DNA of 64,000 nucleotides from positions 10,592,001-10,656,000 of the forward strand of contig CP068257.2 of NCBI GenBank assembly GCA_009914755.4, read 5' to 3'. The position numbers and the translations under genes were made by a program. This document shows, in pieces, positions 12,195 to 29,159 of the stretch (its first letter is position 1; each line of letters begins with the position of its first letter). Source of the stretch: the human T2T-CHM13v2.0 reference genome, Homo sapiens. The notes beneath the pieces were generated by a model. The model was not told the DNA's origin. It saw only the letters and a program-made list of their open reading frames with translations, and searched no databases.

Positions 12195-13735
12195 TGCCCA
12201 TCCAGACGCATTGTTTTGACCGTTTCCAACTTGTCCCAGCCCTTCCCGGGGCATCGCTGGGGACCCTACGCCGACGTCCCCCCTCCGCCCGCGCCCCAAG
12301 GGCCGACTGGGCAAATTGGGAGACCCGCCCCGCGGGGCGACCCAACTTTTCGGAACAGCACCCCACCGCCCACCCCCGCAGACCCCCGGACCCCCGCTCC
12401 CGGCGGAGACTCAGGGAACCCCGCACCCCAAGCCCTTCTAAATCGTGCAGCGTGAGTGTGACGGCCAAGAGCGGATGCAGCCCGGGATCGCCCGCACCTT
12501 CCCGTGGGCGGAAGCGCAGGAGCCAGCTGGGGAGGGGGCGCCCTAGAGGAGCGGCTAGAAAGCAGACACGGGGAACTGAGGTCATCCTGGGGGGGGACAA
12601 GACAACGAGAGCCGGGCGCCTCGGGGGCGGCGCGGGAGCCTCCGCAGGACCGGGCGGGCGCCCCGGCTGGCGCGGGCGGGGGGCGCGCCCCCTTTACCTG
12701 CGGCTCCGGCTCCTAGGCCATTTCCTCACGCGGCGGCGGCCGGGACTGAGCTGACACCACTCAGGCCGGCCGGGTTTGAATGAGGAGGAGCGGGCGCGGA
12801 GAGGAGGGGGCGGGGAGGGCGGAGGGAGGGAGGGAGGCGTCGCGGAGTTTTTCTCGGCCTTTTGTGCGGACACCTCCCGGATTCCGCGCCCGCACCCGGC
12901 CCCCCAAAAGACACGGGGAGCCGCGGGCGAGGGGTGCAGCCATCCGCCGAGGCGCCTAGTGCCTTCGCGCCTCCAAGACCCACCCCCAACAAAAAGGAGC
13001 GTCCCCCACCCCTACCCCCGCCCGGAGGATTTAGGGCCTAGGCTCACCTCGGGCGCGGAGCTAAGTGTTGGCGCCGGGGGTCCCTAGAGCCGCCGGGGCG
13101 CAGCGAGTCCGGCGCTGGGTAACTGTTGGGTCAGAAACTGTTCAGGTAGCAGCTGTTGTGCCCTCCCTTGGCCCCGCCGCTCGGAGACGCCCCGCCCCCT
13201 GCCTTCAACGGCCGCGCCGGCCCCGCCCCCTGCCTTGAACGGCCGCCCGGCCCCGCCCCAGCGCCCACGTGACTAGCATAGGCGCGCCCCCGTTCCGCCC
13301 GCCGCCGCAGACTCCGCCTCCGGAATGCGAGCGAGCGGCGAGCGCGCGCACTGCCAGTTCTTGCTCGGCGACTCCCGCGCACGCGCGCGCCGTGCCACCC
13401 TCCCCGCACCCCTCCTCCCGCCATCCGGCTTAACGTGGCGGGCGCGCGCCGCGGCAGTAGCCGTGACAGGTACCCGGCGGGGGGGGGGGGGAGGGGGTTG
13501 GCCCGCGAGGGTGTGCGCAGGCACAGACCCGGGTCCTGTCCCCGCCGCCCCCTCCTCTGCAAGGTGTGCCTGGGCGAGGGGAGGGGCCCGCGGCCCGAAC
13601 CCCTGGGTCACCCCCGAATTACAAACAAAAACCTTAACGCCATTGCTCGCGGGTTAGAAGGCAGCTGTGCGTGCTCAGGAAAAGAAGCCACGCACAAGAG
13701 ACCGCACGCGGCGTGGATACAGTGACACGAAACAC
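12195..13735. promoter_or_regulatory. Orphan CpG island of about 1.5 kb, very GC- and CpG-rich, with promoter-like content (GC boxes, E-box, G-tract, no TATA). Candidate divergent first-exon donors at 13046-13048 (minus) and 13469-13471 (plus).
   Basis: A sharp switch from AT-rich L1 sequence to CpG-dense sequence at about 12191. It contains the tandem repeat ggccccgccccctgccttSaacggccgc x2.3 at 13186-13265, CACGTG at 13266-13271 and G12 at 13471-13485. It ends where an Alu cluster begins. Confidence 0.7.
13186..13265. repeat. Tandem direct repeat of about 31 bp, roughly 2.3 copies, made of Sp1-type GC boxes (ccccgcccc), inside the CpG island.
   Basis: Read directly: cgccccgccccctgccttcaacggccgcgccgg / ccccgccccctgccttgaacggccgcccgg / ccccgcccc. 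Confidence 0.8.
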
Positions 13736-13757
13736 CCAAAATCTCTTTTGAAAGGGA

Positions 13758-14350
13758 AACCAGGCACAGTGGCTCATGCCTATAATCCCAGCACTTTCGG
13801 GGGCCAAGGCGCTCACCTAAACCCGAGAGTTCAAGACCAGCCTGGGCAATACAGCGAAACCCTGTCTCTACGAAAAATATAAAAATTAGCTGGGCATAGG
13901 GCTGGGCACGGTGGCTCACGCCTGTAATCCCAGCACTTTGGAGGCCGAGGCGGGCGGATCACGAGGTCAGGAGTTCCAGACCATCCTGGCTAACACAGTG
14001 AAACCTTCTCTCTACTAAAAATACAAAAAAAATTAGCCGGGCGTGGTGGCAGGTGCCTGTAGTCCTAGCTACTTGGGAGGTTGAGGCAGGAGAATGGCAT
14101 GAATCAGGGAGCGGAGGCTGCAGTGAGCTGAGATTGCGCCACTGCACCCCAGCCTGGGGGACAGAGTGAGACTCCGTCTCAAAAAAAAAAAAAATAATTA
14201 GCTGGGCATGGTGGCTGGCACACATGGTCCCAGCTACTCAGGAGGCTGAGGTGGAAGGATCTCTTGATCCCGGGGAGGTCAAGGCTGCAGTGAGCCAAGA
14301 TGGCATCACCGCACTCCAGCCTGGGCCACAGACCCTGTCTCAAAAAAAAA
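13758..14350 (+). mobile_element. Cluster of three Alu elements: a partial one at 13758-13897, a full one at 13898-14195 and a right-arm fragment at 14196-14350. All are on the plus strand.
   Basis: ggcacagtggctcatgcctataatcccagcac..., then gctgggcacggtggctcacgcctgtaatcc...ctcaaaaaaaaaaaaaa, then taattagctgggcatggtggc...ctgtctcaaaaaaaaaa. Confidence 0.9.
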
Positions 14351-14879
14351 AGAGAAAGTGGGGAAGAAAATGTAATACAAATTAATATACCAACAGCAAT
14401 TAGTGAGTACTTTTTCCATGGAGCTGGGAGAGGGAATAAATGTTTGTAAAATTAAAATGTTCTACGCTAGAAATCAACTTTCCTTCTATGCTTTCTTTAC
14501 TTCACCCCTTATAGCTACTTAGTAAATCTCACAAATCCTATCCTTCTAATCTCTCTGAAATGTATGTACCCTTTCCCTTCTATTCTCACCACCCATGTTT
14601 CTTTGTTTCCTTCTAGCCTGTGTAATAATCTCATAATCGCACCTCCTGTACCTGCCTTCTTTCTAGTCCAGAATACGTTTTCCTAAATTCCACCAATAAC
14701 CATCCTGCTACTGCTTTGTGTGAAATTCTCCAGAAAAAATTTTACTTTTCCAAAATAAGTCAGGCTCTTAGGATACAAAACCACACCATGGTCCCAGCCA
14801 ATCTTTCAGCCTGATTCACTCAGTATATATTTATTGACCTCTCCTTTCTCCCAAGCACTTGGCTAGATAATAATTAAAG

Positions 14880-15150
14880 AGTGCGGCACAAAACAAATTG
14901 GATTCCTCCCCTCATGGAGCTTGTATTTTCACAGGAAGCACAGACATTAAATAAATTAAAACACAAAAAAATAGACAAGCATATAATTACAGTATGTATC
15001 CTAGAGAAATATCACTCATGCAGAAAGCATACACAAGGATGCAGCACTGTTTCCAATAGCGAAAAGCTAGAAACAACCTACATGTTCACCAAAAGAAAAT
15101 GGCCACATAAACTATACCATATCCAAATTATCCAAATTTTAGAATATAGA
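14880..15150 (+). mobile_element. Old LINE-1 3'-region fragment.
   Basis: ...gcagcactgtttccaatagcgaaaagctagaaacaacctacatgttcaccaaaagaaaatggccacataaactataccat... resembles the L1 segment tattcacaatagcaaagacttggaaccaacccaaatgtcc.... Confidence 0.5.
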
Positions 15151-15156
15151 CAACAG

Positions 15157-15767
<611 letters not shown>

Positions 15768-16168
15768 TTACTAGTTCCATATCCTGCTTTTGGATAAACA
15801 TTTGATACACCATTCTATACTTACTCCTCTCTTTGCTCTATTCTGACTGCCTGCACCCCTCCCCGCCACCCAATCCCCCAACATATATGCCATATATATA
15901 AACATCAACCTGTAACCACCCTAATCGGCCCCAAGGTCACTCAAAATGCCACCTCCTTCAGTTACTCTCTCCTTTGTTCAATGCCTCCTTTATAACACTG
16001 TCTGCATTATGCCTAGCCCTGGGTATGTTATTTCTCTTACCACCTGAATAGTGGGGAGGCTCTTCCAAGGGAAGACCAGTTTCCTCCATGCTGTGGAATG
16101 GTCAACACACAGTAGGTACTCCAATATTTAGCTGTTCCAATATGTAGCTGTTCTGTGCTCCTTGGGTT

Positions 16169-16770
<602 letters not shown>

Positions 16771-17481
16771 TCCTGGATTCTTTAATACACTCGTTTTTTC
16801 CCTCTTTCATGTGACATGTACCTAATAAGCACCCACTATGTACACCAGGCATTGTTCTAGGTGCTGGAGATGCCGCAGGGAACCAAATAGATCAAAATGC
16901 CTATCCTCATGGAGTTAACATTTGATATTATAGTGTGTTAGATATTATAATAAGTACTATGGAGAAAAATACAAGGGGCAAAGGGGCTACAGAGTGGAGG
17001 GGTGGTGAGGGAAATGTTAAATAGATCGGCCCTGAAAGGCTTCATCATAGACACATCTAAATAAAGATCTGAAGGGGGTGACAGTGGCAGCCACAAGGAG
17101 TTCTAGGGGAAGAGCATTCCAGGTTCAGGGACAGGCAAGCGAAGTCCTTGAAGCAAAGTGCACCCAGTGTCTCAAAGAACAGCAAGGAGGCCAGCATGGC
17201 ATTGTGGCTGGCGTGGCGACAAGCCCGGAAATTAGGATGGGGATGGTGCATCTTGATTGCACGGATCTTTCTGGCCATGGTAAAGATTTTGAATTTCATT
17301 CTGAATGGGCCTGAGAGCTCTGAATAATCTGAGCAAAATGGCCGGGCTCGGTTAGTAAGTGGTGTATTCAACGGGTTCACACAATCAAGAGCACTCCTAA
17401 AATAGTAACACAGGGTCTCTCTCCTTTGCTGAAATCACTCACTCAGATATTTAAATGTATCTCTATTTCAGGTTACTTCTA

Positions 17482-17897
<416 letters not shown>

Positions 17898-18341
17898 TAA
17901 AAATTGAGGTGCACTGTCACTTGAGAATTTCAAATTATATGATAAGTAGCTAAGGCAGTCAAAGAAAGGCTTTGGAGATGACCATAAAGTACTTTATGTA
18001 ACTAAGTTATTCAGTCCCTAAACCATTTATATTTAAATATAGAAAATATATTTAATAATTTGATACAGGAAAAAAGAGCTTGTCAAAAAATCTCAAAAGA
18101 ATAAAGTCTATTGGATTTAAACCATTTCCTTATAAAACCTGATTGCTGTATTACAGATATGAACTCTATATGCACTCAAATCCTTTCATCAATAAAAGGC
18201 AATAAGACTCTTATTGAGTAACAATAAGAGGCAATAAGGCTCTTATTGACTGTAACATTATTTAGGATAGTTCTTTCCAATAGAAATATCAAGACCAAGG
18301 GGTTACATAAAAAAAGAAAAAATTTTAAGTCAGTACTATAC

Positions 18342-18461
18342 CATCATCTCTGCAAGGTAACTGCTCAGAAACAGAGCCTGAGGAATCTTTTCTGATCACA
18401 GATCTTTTGGTTTTCCCTTGCCCAGTTCGACTTCTTTGCCGCACCATAAATCCACCAATAC
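18342..18461 (-). CDS. KMT2C: KMT2C exon-25-like (GIGGFMVRQRSRTGQGKTKRSVIRKDSSGSVSEQLPCRDDG), 120 nt.
   Basis: Acceptor ggatag|GTATTG and donor GATGATG|gtatag. Completes the PG codon from exon 24. Confidence 0.85.
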
Positions 18462-20532
18462 CTATCCAAAAAAGAAATTGGGTAAACTGATAAATAATTT
18501 CTCCCTACGTTTCCACAGTACACAGGATAAAAATGCTTTATCTTGAATAGTAAGTCATTTTCCAAAATTAAGTCTGTGCTAGTCTAAATAAATAACCTGA
18601 GTTTTAGGTAAAATAGAAGTTAAAAACAACCAAAAAAAAAAAAAAAAAGGCAAAGCCACTGTTACCGCTTATCAAACAGAATACAAAAAGACCTGTGTGC
18701 ACTTCCTCTTCTCAACAGTATCAGTGTAAATATCAAACACTAAATTACGCTGGCTTATCTATTTGACAAATATTAGTGCCTCATACATCACATAACAGTC
18801 ATGCACTGCATAATGATGTTGGTCAACAAAGGGCTGCATGTCAAGGCAGTGGTCCCATAAGATTATGATGGAGCTGAAAAATTCCCACCACATACAGACA
18901 TCACCGTAGTTATAACACCGTAGCACAATTACTTTATTTTTTTAAATGAATTTAGCGTACCATACAGCCTAAGTGTGTAGTAAGCTATACCATCTAGGTT
19001 TGTGGAAGTGCACTCTATGATGTTCACACAAGGATGAAAATGCCTAGTGATGTATTTCTCTGAACTTAAGTGATGGATGACTGTGTCTGTATATTAACCG
19101 GCTAACTGGTACATTAGCTGGAGGACAGAAGACACAAACTACCTAGATGACACAAATATTCTTTGACTGATATGATTTCAGGGGGACAGTGTCTGGTACT
19201 CCAACGTATGAGGGCATTTATACATGGGACACATAGAGCCCTGTGGTTAAGAGCATGGAATCTGGAGTCAGACTATGTAATTCTGCTTACTCACTAAATA
19301 CTTCTCAATGCCTCAATTCTTTCACTGGTTAAATATGGGGGTAAGGCAAAGCAGCTTCTCATACATATGTTAAAAGGACAAATAACATAAGTGAAGTGCT
19401 TAGAATAGAGGTCTGGTACACAGTCAACACTATAAGCTTTTGTGAAATGATATCGCTGTCTAGCAATATACTCTGTGACCTAATGGGTCCCTCAATTAGA
19501 GGGTTGACTTCCATGTGAGGCAGAGGAAAAGAAAACAGTAAATACAAGTTCCTGGAAGAAATCTGCAATGTCTAAAAAAGTACACTTATAAGCCTCATGA
19601 TTAGGAAGAAATGAAATCATTTTCATAAAATGATTTAGAAGCAACTCACCTTAGGTCCTTATTATAGATATGACCTATTTAAAAGACAGGTTATCTTTTA
19701 AGGTCTCATGGAATACGAATGAAGTAAGAAAGTTCTTCCTTACATATCAAAAGGGATTTAGATCACTCTTACCAATAAAATATAAGCAATAAGAAGCATA
19801 AAGATTGTACGAATCCAATTTAAAACCTCATTGGTAAACAGACATTAATAAACTGGCTAAGGAAAGACTACTCAACACGTGTGAAAAGCGGGAAAAAAAA
19901 TTTTAAATAAATACATAAAAGCCTACAACTTCTGTATTGTGACAATTTTAATAATTTTTTCCAATAAGGCAAATAAAACTGACAAGCAAGACCGCTTTTC
20001 TCTCCACTCCTGAGGCAGATAAGAAATGAGTGTTTAATCAATCATGGTTTTTAACTGGACTATAAATTCTAGGAGCCATAATAACTCTGTCTTGTTCCCC
20101 TTCACACTGTATACTTACTGGCACTACTGCATAAACACTGAAATAAGTTTTTTCAAAAAAAGATATTAGAAAGTGAATACTGAAAATTAAAAGCGTTACA
20201 GAAGTACACATCCAGAGGAACTATATAAATGGCCTTCAAAGTCCAAGTATGAACAAAAGCCAATCTAGTAAAGCATTTAATAAAATGGTTAACATTTGGG
20301 ATAAGGCATTCAATAATGATTCATTGTGAAGTATTCACATATTCAAAATAAAGAACTCTAGAGCTAAAAAGTCGTATTCAAATAGTTTAGTTCTTTAATT
20401 TATGTGCACATATTTTTGTTTAGACAGTTCTTAATCCTGAATATTTAATTTTAATTGAAGTCTTCAGTATTGTATTTTTCTTTAATTAACAAAGTGTTGA
20501 TGATATTGAAATGTCTACCTCAGGCACTATAC

Positions 20533-20661
20533 CTGGTCTGTATGGTTTCCTTTTTCTCTTTTTGACACCATCTGTTCCTTCCACTCCCTTAGTTTCATCA
20601 TTCACAGCTTCCCGCTCAGGACTAGATTCTGATTTTCCATCACAATCCATAAGTTCTCCTT
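20533..20661 (-). CDS. KMT2C: KMT2C exon-24-like (EGELMDCDGKSESSPEREAVNDETKGVEGTDGVKKRKRKPYRP), 129 nt.
   Basis: Acceptor ttttttccag|AAGGAG and donor GACCAG|gtatag. Open frame and phase-consistent with the 13-kb upstream intron. Confidence 0.85.
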
Positions 20662-22079
20662 CTGGAAAAAAGTAAATGTATACACAAAACTGGAAAAACC
20701 TATCAAATATATAATCCCTACATCATGGGGAATAAAAAGTAGGGTTGTTGCTGAGCCATTTTAATTGTACATCCCTGTTGGTAGGGAAAGTATGAAAGGA
20801 GATAGAAGCAGCCCCAAATGGTTCTAGAAATTGTGCTGCTTAGTGCAGTGTTCCCATGAAATAAAACATAATCAGAGAAGGGGAACACAGAACTCAGAGT
20901 TCTGTTAAGTGCAACCCATTTGCACTTAACAAATTCACTTGCTTTTAATTATGTCTTCAGGTCCAGGTCTCTAGACTAGAACTCTCTTCTGAGCTTCAAC
21001 CACAGCTATAATTGAATATTACCTAGTTACTGAAAACTGTGTATCCAAAATGAACTACTAATTTAAAATAAACTTTCTCCTTTTTCCCATGTTACCTATC
21101 ATCATTAAAAGGCATGGAAATGTAACCTGGAGAAGACAGAGGCCTGGAAGACCACCTTAATCATTCCTAATCTCTTTCCTCCTACAACCAAGACTCCTCA
21201 ATACCTCTGAAATGCATTTTATCACTCTCTACTACCATCTTAGTCCAACCTCAGATGACTCACTATTAATACAATATGCTCCTATCTAGTTGCCCACCTC
21301 AAAGCTTACCTCTCTCCAATCAATTCTTTAAATTACTGCATAAATGATCTTTCTATAAATATGTATCAATTTTCTGCTTAAAATCCTTTCATGTCTTCCC
21401 AATGCCCTCAAAATAAACTTCAAATTACAAGGCCCATTACAACAGTCTCTTGTAAACTTTCCAGCTTCATCTCACTCCCACCAGGGAACTATACTCAGTT
21501 CTTTGAATGTATCAAGCTCTTTCTTCCACTATCTTCCCCAATTTCTGCCTTCTACCTAACTTATCTTTCAGGATTTATTCTAAACTTCACTGTATTAAAG
21601 AATTCCTGATATTTAGATAAGATTATGTCAAACAGTTGTATGCTCGTATGTATGAACGTCATGCTTCATTTTTATTGGTTCTTTAAAATCTGTGTCCCTG
21701 CTAGACTATATTCTCCATGAGAACAGGTACACAGATTTTCTTAGTAACAGGTGCATTGTTAGTAGGATACCTAATACATGTTCAATAAATACTTCACTGA
21801 ATGAGGTAAATGGAATGCTTACAGAATGCTATTTTAGAGAATGCTATTTTAACACTATGGTAATCAAACTTTTCCAAGTTATATATGCTTTACATTGTAT
21901 TACAGGAAAAAGATATGTTTATCAAATACATTTTAAAATCAAGTTGTTAACTCCTTCAATATTCTCAGTATTAGAGATAACATATTTCTGTAATGGCATG
22001 AACAGGGTATTTGTCTTTTCTTTTTTATTATATTTGGTCTATATTTAAGGCCAATTCCATAACAATCTGATAATGGCTA

Positions 22080-22735
<656 letters not shown>

Positions 22736-22915
22736 AAAAACAAGCACCAAAGATGACAATACCAATTGTTTACCTTCAAATAAACCCACCTAAAAGTTAA
22801 TGACAGGGAATTTTGGGTTAAGGTGGCAGACTAAATTCATACATTAAAATTACATTCTCCTGAAACCCTACTAAAAACACACTGAAATAATCTATTTTTA
22901 AAAGATAAAATCAAG

Positions 22916-23090
22916 CTGTGGCATGGTGGCATGCCTGTAATCCCAGCTAGTTGGGAGGCTGAGGTGGGAGAAGAGAATTGCTTGAGCCCAGAAGGTTGAG
23001 GCTACAGTGAGTTATGATCACACTACTGCATTCCAGCCTGGACAACAGAGAAAGACCCAATCTCCTTAAAAAAAAAAAAAAAAAAAAAAA
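22916..23090 (+). mobile_element. Partial Alu (right-arm-like) with a long poly-A tail.
   Basis: gctgtggcatggtggcatgcctgtaatcccagctagttgggaggctgagg...cagcctggacaacagagaaagacccaatctccttaaaaaaaaaaaaaaaaaaaaaa. Confidence 0.8.
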
Positions 23091-25101
23091 AGACAATAGG
23101 AAAGGAGAAAAACAAGTTAACGAAGGCAAATTCTCAGTTGAGAGCAGAAAGAACTGAAAAAAAGAATCCAGTTTATAACAATCCTCAGAAGGCTGAGAAA
23201 CTAGGAAAACTGGCCACCTTTGGAAATAAGTGGGAGAAAACTGAAGCAACAAGAGATTTAATTATCTGCAGAAGTTATACTCCCTACACCTGCTTCCTAG
23301 GTTTACACACTGAGAAGCTGCTACTCTCATTTGTGGGATGAGGATTCCTGGGTGACCTTAAATGGAACAATGGGATGAAGATCGAAAATAGGACCAAGAA
23401 AATATGGGCATACTAATTGTGGACAACCCCATTCTGCTCCCGCTGCCGGACCCCACATTTCCCCACTGAATTCTCAGAAAGCTAGCAGCCAGATCTCTAG
23501 CCTCCAAGTATGAGGTTTGAAAAGACTGTTGTGGGGAACCTGATCAGTTCAAGAAGAACATCTAAAGATACTGAAACCAGAGGGTTCACCAAATGGTCAG
23601 CACAAATCACCCCACTAAACTTACAAATCGACAAGCACCGCCACATACTCAAAGCTTTCTAATCAACTACTTAATTCCTTTTTTAAAAATAAAAATACTA
23701 TCTATCCAGTCTCCATCTTTAGTTCTTCACTTTTAATCATGCATGTACCATAAAGATTATCTGACAATGGTCTATAACAAGCTTGTCCAACCTGCAGCCA
23801 AGATGCTTTAAATGCAGCCCAACACAAATTCATAAACTTTCATAAAACATTATGAGACTTTTTATGAGGTTTTTTTTTTTTTTAAAAAAAAAAAGCTCAC
23901 CAGCTATCATTAGTGTATTTTACATGTGGCCCAAGACAATGCTTCTTCCAATGTGGGCCATGGAAGCCAGAAGATCTGCAACACCCTTGATCTGTAACAT
24001 AAAAGACAGAGACCTGAGAACATAAAAGACAATTTGGAATTAACAGACTAAGTAGGAAGAAAAAAAAATCTTCAAAAAGATTAAAATCCTCTGAGGGATA
24101 ATATAAGATACCCTTGAGGCAAGAATAGGATGCTACAAAAGAAACATTCAAAGGGAGGAAAGAAAGCTCTTGAAATAACTGAAATAAAAACAAAACTCAG
24201 CGGGAGATAAAATAAGGACATGAATTGGAAAGAAGCAGAGAAAAACTGAGTATGTTTCACATCTGAAAAGCAGAATTCTGGAAAAAGAGAGGGAATTGTT
24301 ATCAATAATATAGTTCAAGAACATTTCCTACCACTGAAGGATATAAGACAGCAGACTGAAAGAGACCACTCAGTGCCTAACGAAACAGATTTTAAATATC
24401 AAAAATAGACAAAAACAGACGTTATCCTCATGAAATTTTAGAACACTGAGGACAAAGAATTTCCTAAAATCTTAAGAGCTTCCAAGAAAACACAGGTCAC
24501 ATAGAAAAAACCGAGTTCTTCATATACTAGAAACTAAAAGACAGTGGATCAATTGACTAAAAATGATAAATGAAAATGTATTTCCAACCTGGAAAAGATG
24601 AGTCAGGTAGGAAGGTAAAATAAAGACATTTTCAGAAGTATATAATGCTCAAAACTTACCTTCCACACATTCTCTGTCAGGGAGCTATGGAAGATACGTT
24701 CCACCCAAATTGAGGGAAGAAATAAAGAGAAATTCATGAAATTGCAGAAAACACATGTAACACAGGAGAGAACAGAAGATGATCTCCAGGATGATGAAGA
24801 GGAAATCCCCAAGTTAATCATATGTAATGGTTTGTGGCCAAGGATAGCACTGGATCTAGCACAAAGGCCACCTTTCACCTGAAACAATGCACACAAGGAC
24901 AGTAAAAACCAAGAGAGCACTTTTATTGATGAGGTTCACAGTGACACCAGTAAGCATACATGTTGAGACAAATGGCATAAAGTAGCACATACAGTGCCCT
25001 AACACAAGTGGTATCACTGTAGGCTAAAGTCTCTTCTAACCAACATCTTCACAAGGGCCTTCTGATTCCCACAGGCTGAAATAAAGAAAAAGACTGTTAT
25101 C

Positions 25102-25470
<369 letters not shown>

Positions 25471-25679
25471 TTATCACCCAAATATGAGAAATTCTCCCAT
25501 ATATACATACTTGTATCTAGATGACTAATCTCTGGAAAGTTATAAGAAAACACTGGTTCTTTCCAAGGAAGGGATGGCCAAAAGGTAGGGTAACTTAACA
25601 TTGTTCACTCTTTTTAAGACCTTTGTATTTCTTGTATCATGCACAGGTATTGCCTATTCAAAAACAAACCTACAACAGG

Positions 25680-28437
<2,758 letters not shown>

Positions 28438-28574
28438 CCTGCCAAAAACAGTTTCAAATGCATTATGTCTTTGGATTTAGCAAGGAATTCACCTTTGCAG
28501 GCCCACTTACATACAACATTATAAATATACCAGGTGATTCATTGTACTATTCACAGTAAAAGATTGAAAGAAAG

Positions 28575-29159
<585 letters not shown>

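Noticed and set aside
12148-13725. Many long ORFs on both strands across the CpG island, for example 12191..12754 (187 aa), 12148..12600 (150 aa) and 13131..13562 (143 aa).
   Set aside because: They are Arg/Pro/Gly/Ala-rich products of extreme GC content and overlap each other in several frames. None has a start context, homology or splice logic. I treat the region as a promoter CpG island, not coding sequence.
12195-13735. Possibility that the CpG island is the KMT2C promoter/exon 1 or a BAGE gene 5' end.
   Set aside because: Neither the KMT2C N-terminal peptide (MSSEEDKSVEQPQPP...) nor the BAGE peptide ([27 protein letters not shown]...) is encoded on either strand. The island also lies downstream of exon-25-like, not at the gene's 5' end.
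17057-17380. Overlapping ORFs on opposite strands (17057..17380 minus and 17078..17314 plus) with a few CpGs.
   Set aside because: The sequence (…gcattccaggttcagggacaggcaagcg…ccatggtaaagattttgaatttcattctgaatgg…) belongs to a common ancient interspersed-repeat family. Mutual antisense ORFs are a composition effect.
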